Shown piece by piece: positions 28,880-38,899 of a stretch of 64,000 bases of DNA. A program made the translations under genes and the position numbers. Location: contig CAVSAO010000001.1 in assembly GCA_963725985.1 (NCBI GenBank), positions 768,072 through 832,071 of the forward strand. The letters run 5' to 3'. The DNA is from an uncultured Alphaproteobacteria bacterium. Lineage in GTDB: Bacteria; Pseudomonadota; Alphaproteobacteria; Rhizobiales; Xanthobacteraceae. The notes under the pieces are model-generated. The model saw only the letters and a program-made list of their open reading frames with translations. It did no database searches and was not told the origin of the DNA. Positions within the stretch are counted from its first letter, which is position 1, and every line of letters begins with the position of its first letter.

Positions 28880-31147
28880 ATGACAGGCAATCGCAGGACC
28901 AGCCTGACGCGGCAAGCCAGCAAAGACGTTCCGCAGTTCGCGCCGAATTTCACCGTCTATGTGCTGCCGCCGGACGTCGTATGCCTCTATTCAGAGGACC
29001 GAAAGTTCTTTCTTCACGGCGAGCTTTATTGTGCGCTCGCGTCTGCGATCGCGAAAGGCGGAAAGAGCTTTCGGGAGCTCGCGCGCGAACTGGAGCGGGA
29101 TTTTCCGTCCGACAAAATCGAGGAAGCCCTCAAACGGCTGATGGAACGGCGCTATGTCGTCCCGGCATCGCGTTCTCCGGTTGGCGCCGTGGCCGGCTAT
29201 TGGGCGAGCCTCGGCCTGCCGCCCGGAATCGCAGAGCAAAATCTCGGGAATTGTCGTGTGCGCGTTGAAGCGATCGACGTCCGCGGTGCGGCTGAGTTCG
29301 GTGCCGCCCTGAGCGAACTCGGCGTTCGCGTCGTCAAGCGTTCTCCCGACCTGACGGTCACGCTGGTGAATGACTATCTCGAACGGCGACTGGCCGAATT
29401 GAACCAGCAGCGTGTGTCTGACCGTTCGCCCTGGCTGCTGGTCCAGCCCTCCGGCGCCTTTCCGCTGGTGGGACCGGTGTTCCGCCCAGGCAACGGCGCC
29501 TGTTGGACCTGCCTTTTCGATCGCATGATACGGAATCGGGAGGTCAAGGGGTTTCTCGACCGCGGACCGGCGCGCCCTGTCGCCGTTTCACCGCTCGCCC
29601 GTAACATGCTCGGACAAAGCGCAGCCCAGTTTGCTGCCATCGAGGTTGCCAAAGCGATCGCTACTGGCTTTCGTACCGAGTTGAACGATCACATCATCAG
29701 TCACGATTTGTTGGGCTCGAGTATCGTGAAGCATTACGTTGCGGCCCGCCCGCAATGTCCGACCTGCGGCCGCAAAAAGTTGCGGGACCCGCGCCGGGAG
29801 CCGGTACCGATCGAGCTTGGCCCCGGCGCCAGGCTGGTCGTGACCAGTGGCGGATACCGGACCGTATCGTCACGGGCCACGGTGGCACGTTTCCGAAAGC
29901 ACGTGAGCCCCCTCACCGGTGTGGTCACGCGGCTCGAGAAGATCGAAGCCGATTTGCCGATGAACACCAATTTTTATGCGGCGCACAATTTTTCGGCGCC
30001 GGCGCTTAACGTCGATCAGCTCCGGGCGGGATTGAGCGGCGGCAGCTTCGGCAAGGGCTCTACCGCCGAGCAGGCCGAAGCCAGCGCGCTCATGGAGGCG
30101 ATCGAGCGCTATTCGGGGATTTTTCAGGGCGACGAGATCAGGGTGACGCGGCGGTTCACGGATTTTGCGCCGGGCGATGCTATTCTTCCCAACGACGTCC
30201 TGCTGTTCAGCGACGCGCAATCCCGGCCAGACGAGACGCCGACAGATGATTCGAGCGATTCCCATATCGTCCCGGCGCCATTCGATCGATCGGCCAAGGT
30301 CGAGTGGTCGCCGGTCTGGTCGTTGCGCGACCAACGCTTCAAATATCTTCCGACCAGCCTCTTGTATTTTTTCTACGGCGGCCCTGCCGCCTTCCATGCG
30401 GATTCCAACGGCTGCGCGGCCGGCAACACGCTCGAAGAGGCAATCGTCCAGGGATTTCTCGAGCTTGTGGAGCGGGATGCATACGCGATCTGGTGGTACA
30501 ACCGATTGCAACGGGCGGAGGTCGATCTCAGCCAGTTCAACGACCCCTACATTCGCGATTTGCAAACCCAGCTAGCCGAAACCGGACGCAAGCTGTGGGT
30601 GCTTGACGTCACCAGCGATCTCGGCATTCCGGCTTATGTGGCGATATTGCACTGGATGCAAAACGGAAAGGAAAATATCGAGTTCGGTTCTGGCGCGCAC
30701 TTCGATCCCCGCATTGCCATTTTGCGAACGTTGACGGAGCTGAACCAATTCCTGTCCATCGGTCTCATGGGAGGCGGAACCGGCGAGAAGTCGAGCCTCG
30801 ACGGCTACTCTCCCCTGCGCCTGCAGGACCATCCCTTTTTGACGCCAAACGGCACTCCAACGGTTGTCCCACCGGGCTTGTTGTCGAAGTTCGGTCCTCT
30901 CGGCAACACGCGCGAGCAGGTCGATGCTTGCGTCGATATCGCCAGGAGCGCGGACCTCGATTTCCTCGTCCTCAATCAGACGCGGCCCGACATCGAGGTC
31001 CCGGTCGTCCGGGTGATCGTTCCGGGATTGCGGCATTTCTATCTCCGTTTCGCGCCGGGCCGGCTTTACGATGTTCCGGTAAAACTCGGACTGCTGGAAC
31101 GGCCGTTACCGGAAAGCGAGCTTACGCCGTTCCTTCCGCACACCTGA
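28880..31147 (+). CDS. Fused leader-binding/E1-like-YcaO cyclodehydratase (TruD/PatD-like)
   Basis: VGPVF...CWTC and RPQCPTC zinc motifs; YcaO motifs GKG, EAIER, SNGCAAG and ELVERDA; Pro-containing C-terminus TPFLPHT. Confidence 0.95.
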   Translation: MTGNRRTSLTRQASKDVPQFAPNFTVYVLPPDVVCLYSEDRKFFLHGELYCALASAIAKGGKSFRELARELERDFPSDKIEEALKRLMERRYVVPASRSPVGAVAGYWASLGLPPGIAEQNLGNCRVRVEAIDVRGAAEFGAALSELGVRVVKRSPDLTVTLVNDYLERRLAELNQQRVSDRSPWLLVQPSGAFPLVGPVFRPGNGACWTCLFDRMIRNREVKGFLDRGPARPVAVSPLARNMLGQSAAQFAAIEVAKAIATGFRTELNDHIISHDLLGSSIVKHYVAARPQCPTCGRKKLRDPRREPVPIELGPGARLVVTSGGYRTVSSRATVARFRKHVSPLTGVVTRLEKIEADLPMNTNFYAAHNFSAPALNVDQLRAGLSGGSFGKGSTAEQAEASALMEAIERYSGIFQGDEIRVTRRFTDFAPGDAILPNDVLLFSDAQSRPDETPTDDSSDSHIVPAPFDRSAKVEWSPVWSLRDQRFKYLPTSLLYFFYGGPAAFHADSNGCAAGNTLEEAIVQGFLELVERDAYAIWWYNRLQRAEVDLSQFNDPYIRDLQTQLAETGRKLWVLDVTSDLGIPAYVAILHWMQNGKENIEFGSGAHFDPRIAILRTLTELNQFLSIGLMGGGTGEKSSLDGYSPLRLQDHPFLTPNGTPTVVPPGLLSKFGPLGNTREQVDACVDIARSADLDFLVLNQTRPDIEVPVVRVIVPGLRHFYLRFAPGRLYDVPVKLGLLERPLPESELTPFLPHT

Positions 31148-31160
31148 GGGTCATACCAAC

Positions 31161-32633
31161 TTGCGCGCTCCCGGAAAAAAGAAAGGGCGGCGGATCGCGC
31201 CACCAGCCATTTCCGCCCGGCTGAGCGCCCACATCACGCTTGAAGCGGACGCGGACGGAAATGTCTGCGCCCGCTTCGATGGCCAGTCCGACGGCTTGGG
31301 AAAGTTCAGCGCCGCCGCGGTGAAGCGGGCGCAGGACCTGGACGCGGGTTTGCCGCTTGCTTCGTTTGCGTCCGGCGGCCGAGCTGTCGACAAGGAGATC
31401 GATCTTTTGGTCCAGCGATTGGCCCGGCGCGGTCTTTTGGAGTACCGCCTCGGACACTCGCGTGACGATAAGGACCAGGTCGTCATCGAACCGCAGGTTC
31501 CCGACTATTGGCCACGAACGCCAAAGCTCGCCGCCGCCGAAACGATCGTCCTGTCGCGGTTCGCATATCTGCGACGCCGCGGCAACGAGATGGTGCTGGA
31601 ATCGCCACGCGCCGGCGCATTGTTCAGGATTTGCGATCCGAAGATCGCGACCGCCCTCGCGGTACTGTCTACACCACAAAAAATCAGCCGGCTCCGGCGG
31701 CAGGACGGCTTTCCGGGGGCCGAGCTTCTCGCTTTGCTGCTGGATTGCCAAATCCTTTTCAAGGTCGACGCTGCCGGCAGCGACGGCCTACGGCCGGCCG
31801 AAGGCGACGACAACCTCGTGCTCTGGGACTTTCACGATCTTCTGTTCCATACCCACAGCACGGAAGGCCGGCAGGCCAACCCGCTGGGCGGGTTTTATTC
31901 CCACGCCGGCGCCATATCTCCGCTGCCGGCAGTGCGGCCGAGCTGGCCCGGGAAAAAAATCGATCTGCGCAAGTTTTCTGCCGCGCCTTCGCAGACCAAT
32001 TCGCCGATCGCAACGCTGCTGCGTGAACGCCATTCGACGCGCGACTTCGACGACCAGCAGCCGATCACGCTCGCCGAGCTTTCACGATTTCTCGATAGCT
32101 GCGCGCGTATCCGTTCCAAATGGAAAACCGGGCCTGATTTCGGCGACGGCGGTCCTGAGGTCGAGTACGCCGCGAGGCCGTATCCGTCGGGAGGCGCCGC
32201 TTACGAGCTCGAGCTCTATCTGGCCGTGGCCAACTGCGAAGGACTGCCGCGCGGATTCTATCATTACGATGCCGACCGGCACGCGCTGGTGGCGATCGAC
32301 GTCCGCGCGCAAGAACTCGAAGCGCTGTTGGCGGGAGCCGGATTCGCGATGGGCGCGCCTGCCGCGCCCCAGATCCTGATCACGATCGCCGCACGCTTCG
32401 GCCGGGTTTCGTGGAAGTACAGCTCAGTCGCCTATTCGCTCATTTTGAAGGATGTCGGCGTATTGCTCCAGACGCTGTACATGATGGCGACGGAGATGGG
32501 GCTGGGTGGATGTGCGATCGGGACCAATAATATCGATCTGTTCGAGAAGATGACCGGGGTCGAATTCCACATCGAAGGCCCGGTCGGCCAATTCGCAATC
32601 GGTCGCGGCAAGGAACCGGGGGATTCCGACTGA
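31161..32633 (+). CDS. SagB/ThcOx-family FMN-dependent azoline dehydrogenase
   Basis: WDFHDLLFH, RHSTR, YPSGGAAYELE and the catalytic WKY motif; long N-terminal extension as in cyanobactin-type oxidases. Confidence 0.93.
   Translation: MRAPGKKKGRRIAPPAISARLSAHITLEADADGNVCARFDGQSDGLGKFSAAAVKRAQDLDAGLPLASFASGGRAVDKEIDLLVQRLARRGLLEYRLGHSRDDKDQVVIEPQVPDYWPRTPKLAAAETIVLSRFAYLRRRGNEMVLESPRAGALFRICDPKIATALAVLSTPQKISRLRRQDGFPGAELLALLLDCQILFKVDAAGSDGLRPAEGDDNLVLWDFHDLLFHTHSTEGRQANPLGGFYSHAGAISPLPAVRPSWPGKKIDLRKFSAAPSQTNSPIATLLRERHSTRDFDDQQPITLAELSRFLDSCARIRSKWKTGPDFGDGGPEVEYAARPYPSGGAAYELELYLAVANCEGLPRGFYHYDADRHALVAIDVRAQELEALLAGAGFAMGAPAAPQILITIAARFGRVSWKYSSVAYSLILKDVGVLLQTLYMMATEMGLGGCAIGTNNIDLFEKMTGVEFHIEGPVGQFAIGRGKEPGDSD
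32448..32633 (+). repeat. Direct repeat copy 1 (3' 186 bp of the SagB gene)
   Basis: Aligns without gaps to 35295-35480, with 23 mismatches in 186 bp by hand count. Confidence 0.95.
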
Positions 32634-32723
32634 AAATCCAACGGCGTCGGCGTGCCTCCGGGCAACAGGCACTCAACAACTGACCACGTCGGCTTCTCAA
32701 GATATGCTCTACGGGCCGTCGGC

Positions 32724-35205
32724 TTACCGCTGCCAAGACGGACTGGCGTCAGAGCCGCGCTTGATGGTTTCGATCGCATTCCGCAACTCGGTAAGGGTCT
32801 CCGCGGAGCCGACGAAGAGATCAGGAGGAATCCGCCGCGCCTTCATCAGCTCAAGATGTATCCGTTCCTGTGCATCCACGTTGAGACCTATTCCCGCCAG
32901 GTATTGCAGGCGCAGGTCGCGATCCGTGTTGATCGCGGCACCCTTCAGCCACGCCGAAAGATCTGGACCGCGGCCGGCATAACTCGACAGGAAATCGATT
33001 GCCGATACGAAACCGATATCGCGCAGGGATTTGGCGGCGCGCGCGTTGTCGATGCGATCGAATTGTTGCACTGCTTCATCGACATTGATCGGCGCGGGAT
33101 CGAGCTGGCCGAACAGCACCACATCGCCGCCGTTGTCTCGGTCGTTGATCCAAACGATTGCATTTGGAAAGACGGCGAAGAATGTTGCCATCTCGCTCTT
33201 CACCGCCTCTATCGTGGTCTCGTCGAGCGGAACCCAGTGCGTGACCACTCCGCCCGGCTTGAGATGCCGTTTCACATGTTCGAAATACTCCCGCGTATAG
33301 AGTGCGGCTGAGCCCTTGACCCACGGGTGAATCGGGTCACTGGTGATGATATCGAACTGCTCCTTGGAGGTAAGGATGAAGCCGCGAGCGTCGTCGTAAA
33401 CGATCTCGACCCGCGGGTCCTTCATCACATTGAAGTTCTCCTCGCTGAAAAAGCCCGAGACCATCCGCGGGATAAGCGGCTCGATTTCACAGATCACGAT
33501 GCGCTCGATCTCGGGGTAGGCGACAAAGCTGCCGGCCGTGACCCCCGCGCCGAAGCCGACGACGAGCACGGATCGCGGTTTTGGTCCCAGTAGCATCGGC
33601 AGGTTGCCGAGCATACGCTGCAGGCGCATGTCGATCGGATGGGTCCCTGCTTCGGTTTTGCCGCTGACATGGAAATAGCGAGTTCTTCTCCACGTCCTCC
33701 GACACCGCCACCGACGCATTCATTCCCTCGCCGACATAGAGCATCTTCGGCTCGTAAAACGGGTTCATGATCGTGCGGCCGAAGGCGTATAGCTCACCAG
33801 GTACGGGCGGCACGCCGTAGGCAAGCACCGCGGCTGCGATCGGGACCGCAACGATGGCGGCCAGGACTGCAGTGACGGGCACGCGCCGGCCGGCGGCGGG
33901 GACGCCCGCGCGCAACCCTGCCAGCAGGATCAGCATGGCGGCGACCGCTGCAGCGGCAATCAGAATCCGCTGCGACCATAGCGTGCCGACCGCCGGGATG
34001 AGGATCAGGCTGAAGCCGACCGCGCCGACGATCGCGCCGACCGTATTCGCCGCATACACGGTCCCGACCATCCGTCCCGAATCCTCATGCTGGGGAGCCG
34101 CAGCCGCGAGTGCAAGCGGGAAGCTCGCCCCCCAGAGGCAGGCCGCCGGAAGCACGGCCCAGAGGCACCGCGCCAGATCGAGCTGGAATGTCAGCCACGG
34201 ATTGATGCTGAGCCGTGGATCGACCGGCCAGTAAGGCAGCCAGGCGTCGATACTGAATGCCGCCCAGGCGATGGCGGCGACCAGCGAAAACTGGCACCAG
34301 CCGAGCCTGACCAGCGAATTTCTTGCTTTGCGCACAAGCAGCGATCCGGCGCTGCTCCCGAGTCCGAGCCCGAGCAGAAACACAGCCAGAATGATCGAGA
34401 ACGTATAGACCGACGGGCCGAGGAGCAGCGACAACAGCCGCGTCCAGACAACTTGGGCCCCGAGCGCGGTCAATCCCGAGATCGCGATTGTCAGATAAAC
34501 GGCCATGGATTCCAATTGCCGCGGTGCACGATCGGCGGCAGCGGGTGCGGGGGGCTCTCGATGCGGAACAAAAGCCGCGAGCAGAAACGCGGACGCGGCG
34601 CAGAGCGCGTTGATGGCAGCGGCGACGAAGGTTGCGGTCGCCATGTCATATAGCCGCAGCAGGTAGAACCCGGCCAGCAGGCAGCCGAAGACGGCGCCGG
34701 CCAGATTGCCGGTGTAGAGAATCCCCAGCCAGGACACGCCTTGGGGCGTGCTCTCGACCCAACGCGCCGCGCACGGCAGGGTTGCCCCCATGAGCGCCGT
34801 CGGCGCCAGCAGGAATGCCGCGCACAGCAGCGCGCGGAAGGAGATGCCGGTGAAGCCTTGACTGGCGATACTCGCGTAAAGATCGGCTGCCGGGGGAAGA
34901 AAATACAAGACCAGGATGGCGATCAGGCCGATGCCGAGCTCCAGGGCCGCATAGACCCTGAGCGGATGGAAAGAGGCCGGAATGATGCGAGCGAGGGCGA
35001 GGCTGCCGAGGCACATCCCGCCCATGAAAGTCCCCAATAGCACCGCAAGCGAGGTGGCAGTCGAGCCAATGATGAATTCAAGGAGCTGGAACCAGACGAT
35101 CTCGTAGATGAGTGCGGCCAAGCCACTGCCGACAAAAAAACAGAGCACGAGCGGGTAGAATTTGCCCCGTACTGCGGAATGCGACGCTTGCTCGATTTCG
35201 ATCAT
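32724..35205 (-). CDS. Fused multi-TM (MFS-like) / spermidine-synthase-fold SAM-dependent enzyme, with one apparent frameshift near 33682
   Basis: SGLAALIYEIVW-type TM repeats in ORF 33487-35250 continue in ORF 32724-33719 with VLVVGFGAGVT, EIE, DDAR and DIITSDP. Confidence 0.85.
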
Positions 35206-35294
35206 CGATTCCCCTGAGGCTCGATGCGAAGGCAGGACATGGCAGACCATGCCCGACCTGCTTCCTCCGGTCCAGCGCCGAGCGGCTCGATAAG

Positions 35295-35480
35295 AAGGAT
35301 GTCGGCGTATCGCTCCAGACGCTCTGCATCACGGCGACGGATATGGGACTGGGTGGATGTGCGATCGGAACCAATAATATCGATCTGTTCGAGAAGATGA
35401 CCGGGGTCCAATTCCACATCGAAGGCCCGGTCGGTCAATTTGCGCTCGGTCGTGCCAGCAAACCGGAAGCCTCCGACTAA
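35295..35480 (+). pseudogene. Second, orphan copy of the SagB 3' end (direct repeat copy 2)
   Basis: KDVGVSLQTLCITATDMGLGGCAIGTNNIDLFEKMTGVQFHIEGPVGQFALGR... with no matching N-terminus. Confidence 0.9.
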
Positions 35481-35580
35481 AGCCTTTTCCGTTTCGATAG
35501 AATCGAAACGGGCTCTGGATTCTTCGATTTGCCGCGTTTTCTCAACGCGAACCGGTCTCCACGTCGCTTGAAAACGCTTA
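35481..35580. repeat. Rhizobial intergenic mosaic/REP-like element
   Basis: Hairpin CCGTTTCGAT-AGA-ATCGAAACGG plus GCGTTTTCT...GCGAACCGGT...CGCTTGAAAACGC, related to 46099-46170. Confidence 0.7.
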
Positions 35581-35798
35581 CATCTGGCGGCCGCGACAAG
35601 GTCGGCATTTTTTCTCGCACTGACGCTGGTCCAAGCTCACGCATTGTGGCTGCTTCACAACGCTGCACTCGATTGACCTGCATCAATCGGCCGATAGGCG
35701 CCTACGATATTTTTCCGAAGGATGCAGAAACCGTCTGCGCGCTCATCGGGTTGAAGGAGAGCCCAAGACGACCGATCGCGGCCTGAGAGGACACCGAC

Positions 35799-36197
35799 AT
35801 GCCCACCCGTTTCCACGCGATCGTCTGGATCGACAACTCGCAGGCCAAGGTCTTCCACATCGGCCTATTGGGAAAAGATGAAATTGCATTGCATCCGCAT
35901 TTGCCGACGCGACACCTTCACCACAAGGCCAACTCGGTCGGCAGCGGCCATGCCGGATTCGACAAGGAGTTTTTCGCGCAGGTGATGAACGCGGTCAGCG
36001 ATGCCGGCGAAATCCTCATCATCGGCCCGGCCGGTGCAAAAACGGAACTGGCCAAATATCTCCGCGACCAGCACCCCGCGATCGGCGATCGCATCGTTGC
36101 GGTCGAAGCTGCCGACCATCCCAGCGACCGCGAGATCGTGGCCTGCGCCAGGCAGCATTTTAAGATCGGACCCGGAGGTTTGCTACGGCAGGCCTAG
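35799..36197 (+). CDS. eRF1/pelota middle-domain-like protein ('translational machinery protein' / AtsE-like)
   Basis: HAIVWID...AKVF and EILIIGPAGAKTEL pattern. Confidence 0.7.
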   Translation: MPTRFHAIVWIDNSQAKVFHIGLLGKDEIALHPHLPTRHLHHKANSVGSGHAGFDKEFFAQVMNAVSDAGEILIIGPAGAKTELAKYLRDQHPAIGDRIVAVEAADHPSDREIVACARQHFKIGPGGLLRQA

Positions 36198-36384
36198 GAA
36201 GCCAAGTTGGGAATGGCTGCAATGCCGCCAGCGCGCATTGCAGTTGATCCATCTCAAAGACGCCAGGGTGGAATTATGTCTTTTTTAACCTTGCGGATGT
36301 TCCCTTCCCCGGATTCACCCGCCTTAACCTCCGGATGCTCTTGGGTTGATCCCGGGAGCATCCGATTTTTCTTCCGGACTGTGT

Positions 36385-36461
36385 TGGTCGGGGCAGCTGG
36401 ATTCGAACCAACGACCTGCAGTACCCAAAACTGCCGCGCTACCAGGCTGCGCTATACCCCG
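36385..36461 (-). tRNA. tRNA-Pro (TGG)
   Basis: CGGGGTATAGCGCAGCCTGGTAGCGCGGCAGTTTTGGGTACTGCAGGTCGTTGGTTCGAATCCAGCTGCCCCGACCA folds as a cloverleaf with anticodon TGG and encoded CCA. Confidence 0.97.
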
Positions 36462-36526
36462 TTCATTTGGGAAACGACGTCGATACACGCTTAAGGCGGG
36501 GCCAGCAAGGCTGCCTGCGGCCCGTT

Positions 36527-37021
36527 TCACCGGCCGTTGAAAAGCGGATGTCCGACGCGGTCTCCGGGCTCAATGCCGTATTTTTTCGCGGTCCCCGCGA
36601 TCACCTCCAGCACCCCCTTCGCCAGCCCCTTCGACGGGATGATCCTGGTCGATAGCGGCTCGGTGTTTTCGGCTATTCGCAGGATCCTGCCGTCAGCCCG
36701 GATGAAAATCATGTCGAGCGAGATGTAGGTGTTCTTCATCCACATCGACACTTCCTGCTCCGGCGAGAAGTCGAACAGCATCCCCTTCCCGTCCGCCAGC
36801 TCCTTGCGGTACATCAGGCCGGTTTCCTTCTCTTGCTCGGTCGTCGCTATCTCGACCGAGAACACCTGCACGCCCGACTTGGTAACGATCTCGAGCGGCT
36901 GGACGCTCGCCGCCCGCACAAAGGCGGCCGGGAATACGCAAAGCGCGGCGACCACGGCAGCCTCAGGCAACCAGAACCACGCCCGCAAGCGACGCCGGCC
37001 AGCACCTCGATAGGAGTTCAT
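36527..37021 (-). CDS. DUF192 family protein
   Basis: GLMYR, GMLFDF, MWMKNT..LDMIFI and VLEV.AG motifs. Confidence 0.93.
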   Translation of the reverse strand: MNSYRGAGRRRLRAWFWLPEAAVVAALCVFPAAFVRAASVQPLEIVTKSGVQVFSVEIATTEQEKETGLMYRKELADGKGMLFDFSPEQEVSMWMKNTYISLDMIFIRADGRILRIAENTEPLSTRIIPSKGLAKGVLEVIAGTAKKYGIEPGDRVGHPLFNGR

Positions 37022-37174
37022 AAGCAACGCTCAATCAGCCGTGAAAGGATTTTTGCTGCGGCAACCCTAGCCCAAAGGTGATGGCAAATACCAGACCGTG
37101 ACCGAGGCCGCGCGATACCTATTTCGGCACCGGGTTGACGGTTCTTCGTTCGATGACGTGGGGGTTTTACCCGA

Positions 37175-37837
37175 TCAGTGCGACGATAGTCCAGGCGAGC
37201 CGTTTTCCGGCTGGATTTCCGCAGCCATCATGCCCTTGGACCCGGGCCCGAACCGCACCAGCACGTATTGGCCCGGGCGCAGCTCGGTCATCCCGAAGCG
37301 GCGCAGGGTTTCCATGTGTACGAAGATGTCCGGGGTGCCCTCGCCGCAGGTCAGGAAGCCGAAGCCGCGCAGCCGGTTGAACCATTTGACCTGCGCCCGC
37401 TCCAGACCGCTGGTCGGGGTGACACTGACATGGGTCCGGGGCGGCAGCATTTGCGCCGGATGGATCGCGGTGGAATCGTCCATCGACAGGATCCGGAACG
37501 CCTGGTAGCCCTTGGCGCGTTGCACGCATTCACAAACCAGCCGCGCCCCTTCGTAGGCGGTTTGATAGCCGTCGCGCCTAAGCACGGTAACGTGCAGAAG
37601 TACGTCGGGCCAGCCGTTGTCGGGAACGATGAAGCCGTAGCCCTTTGACGCGTCGAACCATTTGATGACGCCTGAGATCTCAACGAGGTTGGCGGCGCTA
37701 TCGCCCAGGCCGGACAGCGCATCGATCGCCGGATCGCGCTCGGCGCCGCCCGAAAATTCGCCCGGCCCAAGCCTGTTCGGTCCGGTCCCGCCTGGCGGCA
37801 CCCCGAGCTTCTTGAACTCAAAACCGTCCGACCCCAT
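37175..37837 (-). CDS. Two-domain cold-shock protein
   Basis: KWFDASKGYGFI and KWFNRLRGFGFL / DIFVH motifs. Confidence 0.93.
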   Translation of the reverse strand: MGSDGFEFKKLGVPPGGTGPNRLGPGEFSGGAERDPAIDALSGLGDSAANLVEISGVIKWFDASKGYGFIVPDNGWPDVLLHVTVLRRDGYQTAYEGARLVCECVQRAKGYQAFRILSMDDSTAIHPAQMLPPRTHVSVTPTSGLERAQVKWFNRLRGFGFLTCGEGTPDIFVHMETLRRFGMTELRPGQYVLVRFGPGSKGMMAAEIQPENGSPGLSSH

Positions 37838-38035
37838 GATCCCGGACCTCACACATCTGCAGCCCCGTCATCAGATACGACGGCGCCCGAACACGCGCCC
37901 ATTCACGAATTCACCATCATGATGCCACGCGAATCTCTCGAATCAAAAGATAACACTCCCGCTTGCCGCGCATAGATAAAAAACAAATCCGCCGGGAACT
38001 ATGAACAGCCTTGCGGGCCGCGAATCAATTCGGCA

Positions 38036-38797
38036 TCAGTTGCCCACGAACGGCCCGAGCGTCTCCCCGATGTCGTAGCGGATTACCAGATCTGCAATAT
38101 CGTCATGGTCGGTGGGCTCATTATTGATGATCACCAGTCTGGCGCCGCAGTTTTTCGCCATCAGCGGAAAGCCGGCGGCCGGCCAGACCACCAGCGACGA
38201 TCCGATCGCCAGGAACAGGTCGCAATGCTGGGCAAGTTCCGCGGAGCGGCGCATCGCGTCTTCCGGCATCGCCTGACCGAACGAGATGGTCGCGGTCTTG
38301 ACCGGCTCATCGCAGGCCGTGCAGTCGGGCGCGCCGCCGATCCTCTCGAAGCTCTGCTTCACCCATGCAAGATCGTAGGTACGGCCGCAGCCGATGCAGC
38401 GGGCATAAGTAGTATTGCCGTGGAGCTCGACGACGTGTTCGGCCGCGAATCCCGATGCCTGATGTAGATTATCGATGTTCTGGGTGACGATCGCCGGGAT
38501 CTTGCCCGCTTTGTAGAGCGAGGCGAGCGCGCGGTGCCCGCGGCCCGGCCGGGCCGCGGCGAAGATCGGCTCCATCGCAAAGCGCCGCCGCCATGCCTCA
38601 GCCCTGGCGTCGGGGCTGGCGACGAATTCATCGAACGGGATCGGGCGGTTGCGGGTCCATAATCCGCCGGGAGAGCGGAAGTCGGGAATTCCGCTTTCGG
38701 TCGAAATGCCGGCGCCGGTAAAGGGAACGATGATCGACGCCGCGGCGATCATGTCGCCGAGCTGTTCCACGCCGCTGCGAAGATCTGATGCGATCAT
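38036..38797 (-). CDS. cobB: Sir2-family NAD-dependent deacylase
   Basis: TGAGISTESGIPDFR, TQNIDNLH, ELHG and GSSL motifs. Confidence 0.92.
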   Translation of the reverse strand: MIASDLRSGVEQLGDMIAAASIIVPFTGAGISTESGIPDFRSPGGLWTRNRPIPFDEFVASPDARAEAWRRRFAMEPIFAAARPGRGHRALASLYKAGKIPAIVTQNIDNLHQASGFAAEHVVELHGNTTYARCIGCGRTYDLAWVKQSFERIGGAPDCTACDEPVKTATISFGQAMPEDAMRRSAELAQHCDLFLAIGSSLVVWPAAGFPLMAKNCGARLVIINNEPTDHDDIADLVIRYDIGETLGPFVGN

Positions 38798-38899
38798 GGA
38801 GACGATCCGGGGGGTTGGCCGTGCCCATTATAGCACGGCCCGCCGGATACCTGGGTCAATCCCCCGGATTCTTCTTACGGTCTCGACATTCGTTACGAT

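Noticed and set aside
38036-38797. Sir2 protein as an anti-phage NADase
   Set aside because: Canonical CobB-type deacylase with zinc-binding cysteines in a housekeeping neighbourhood.
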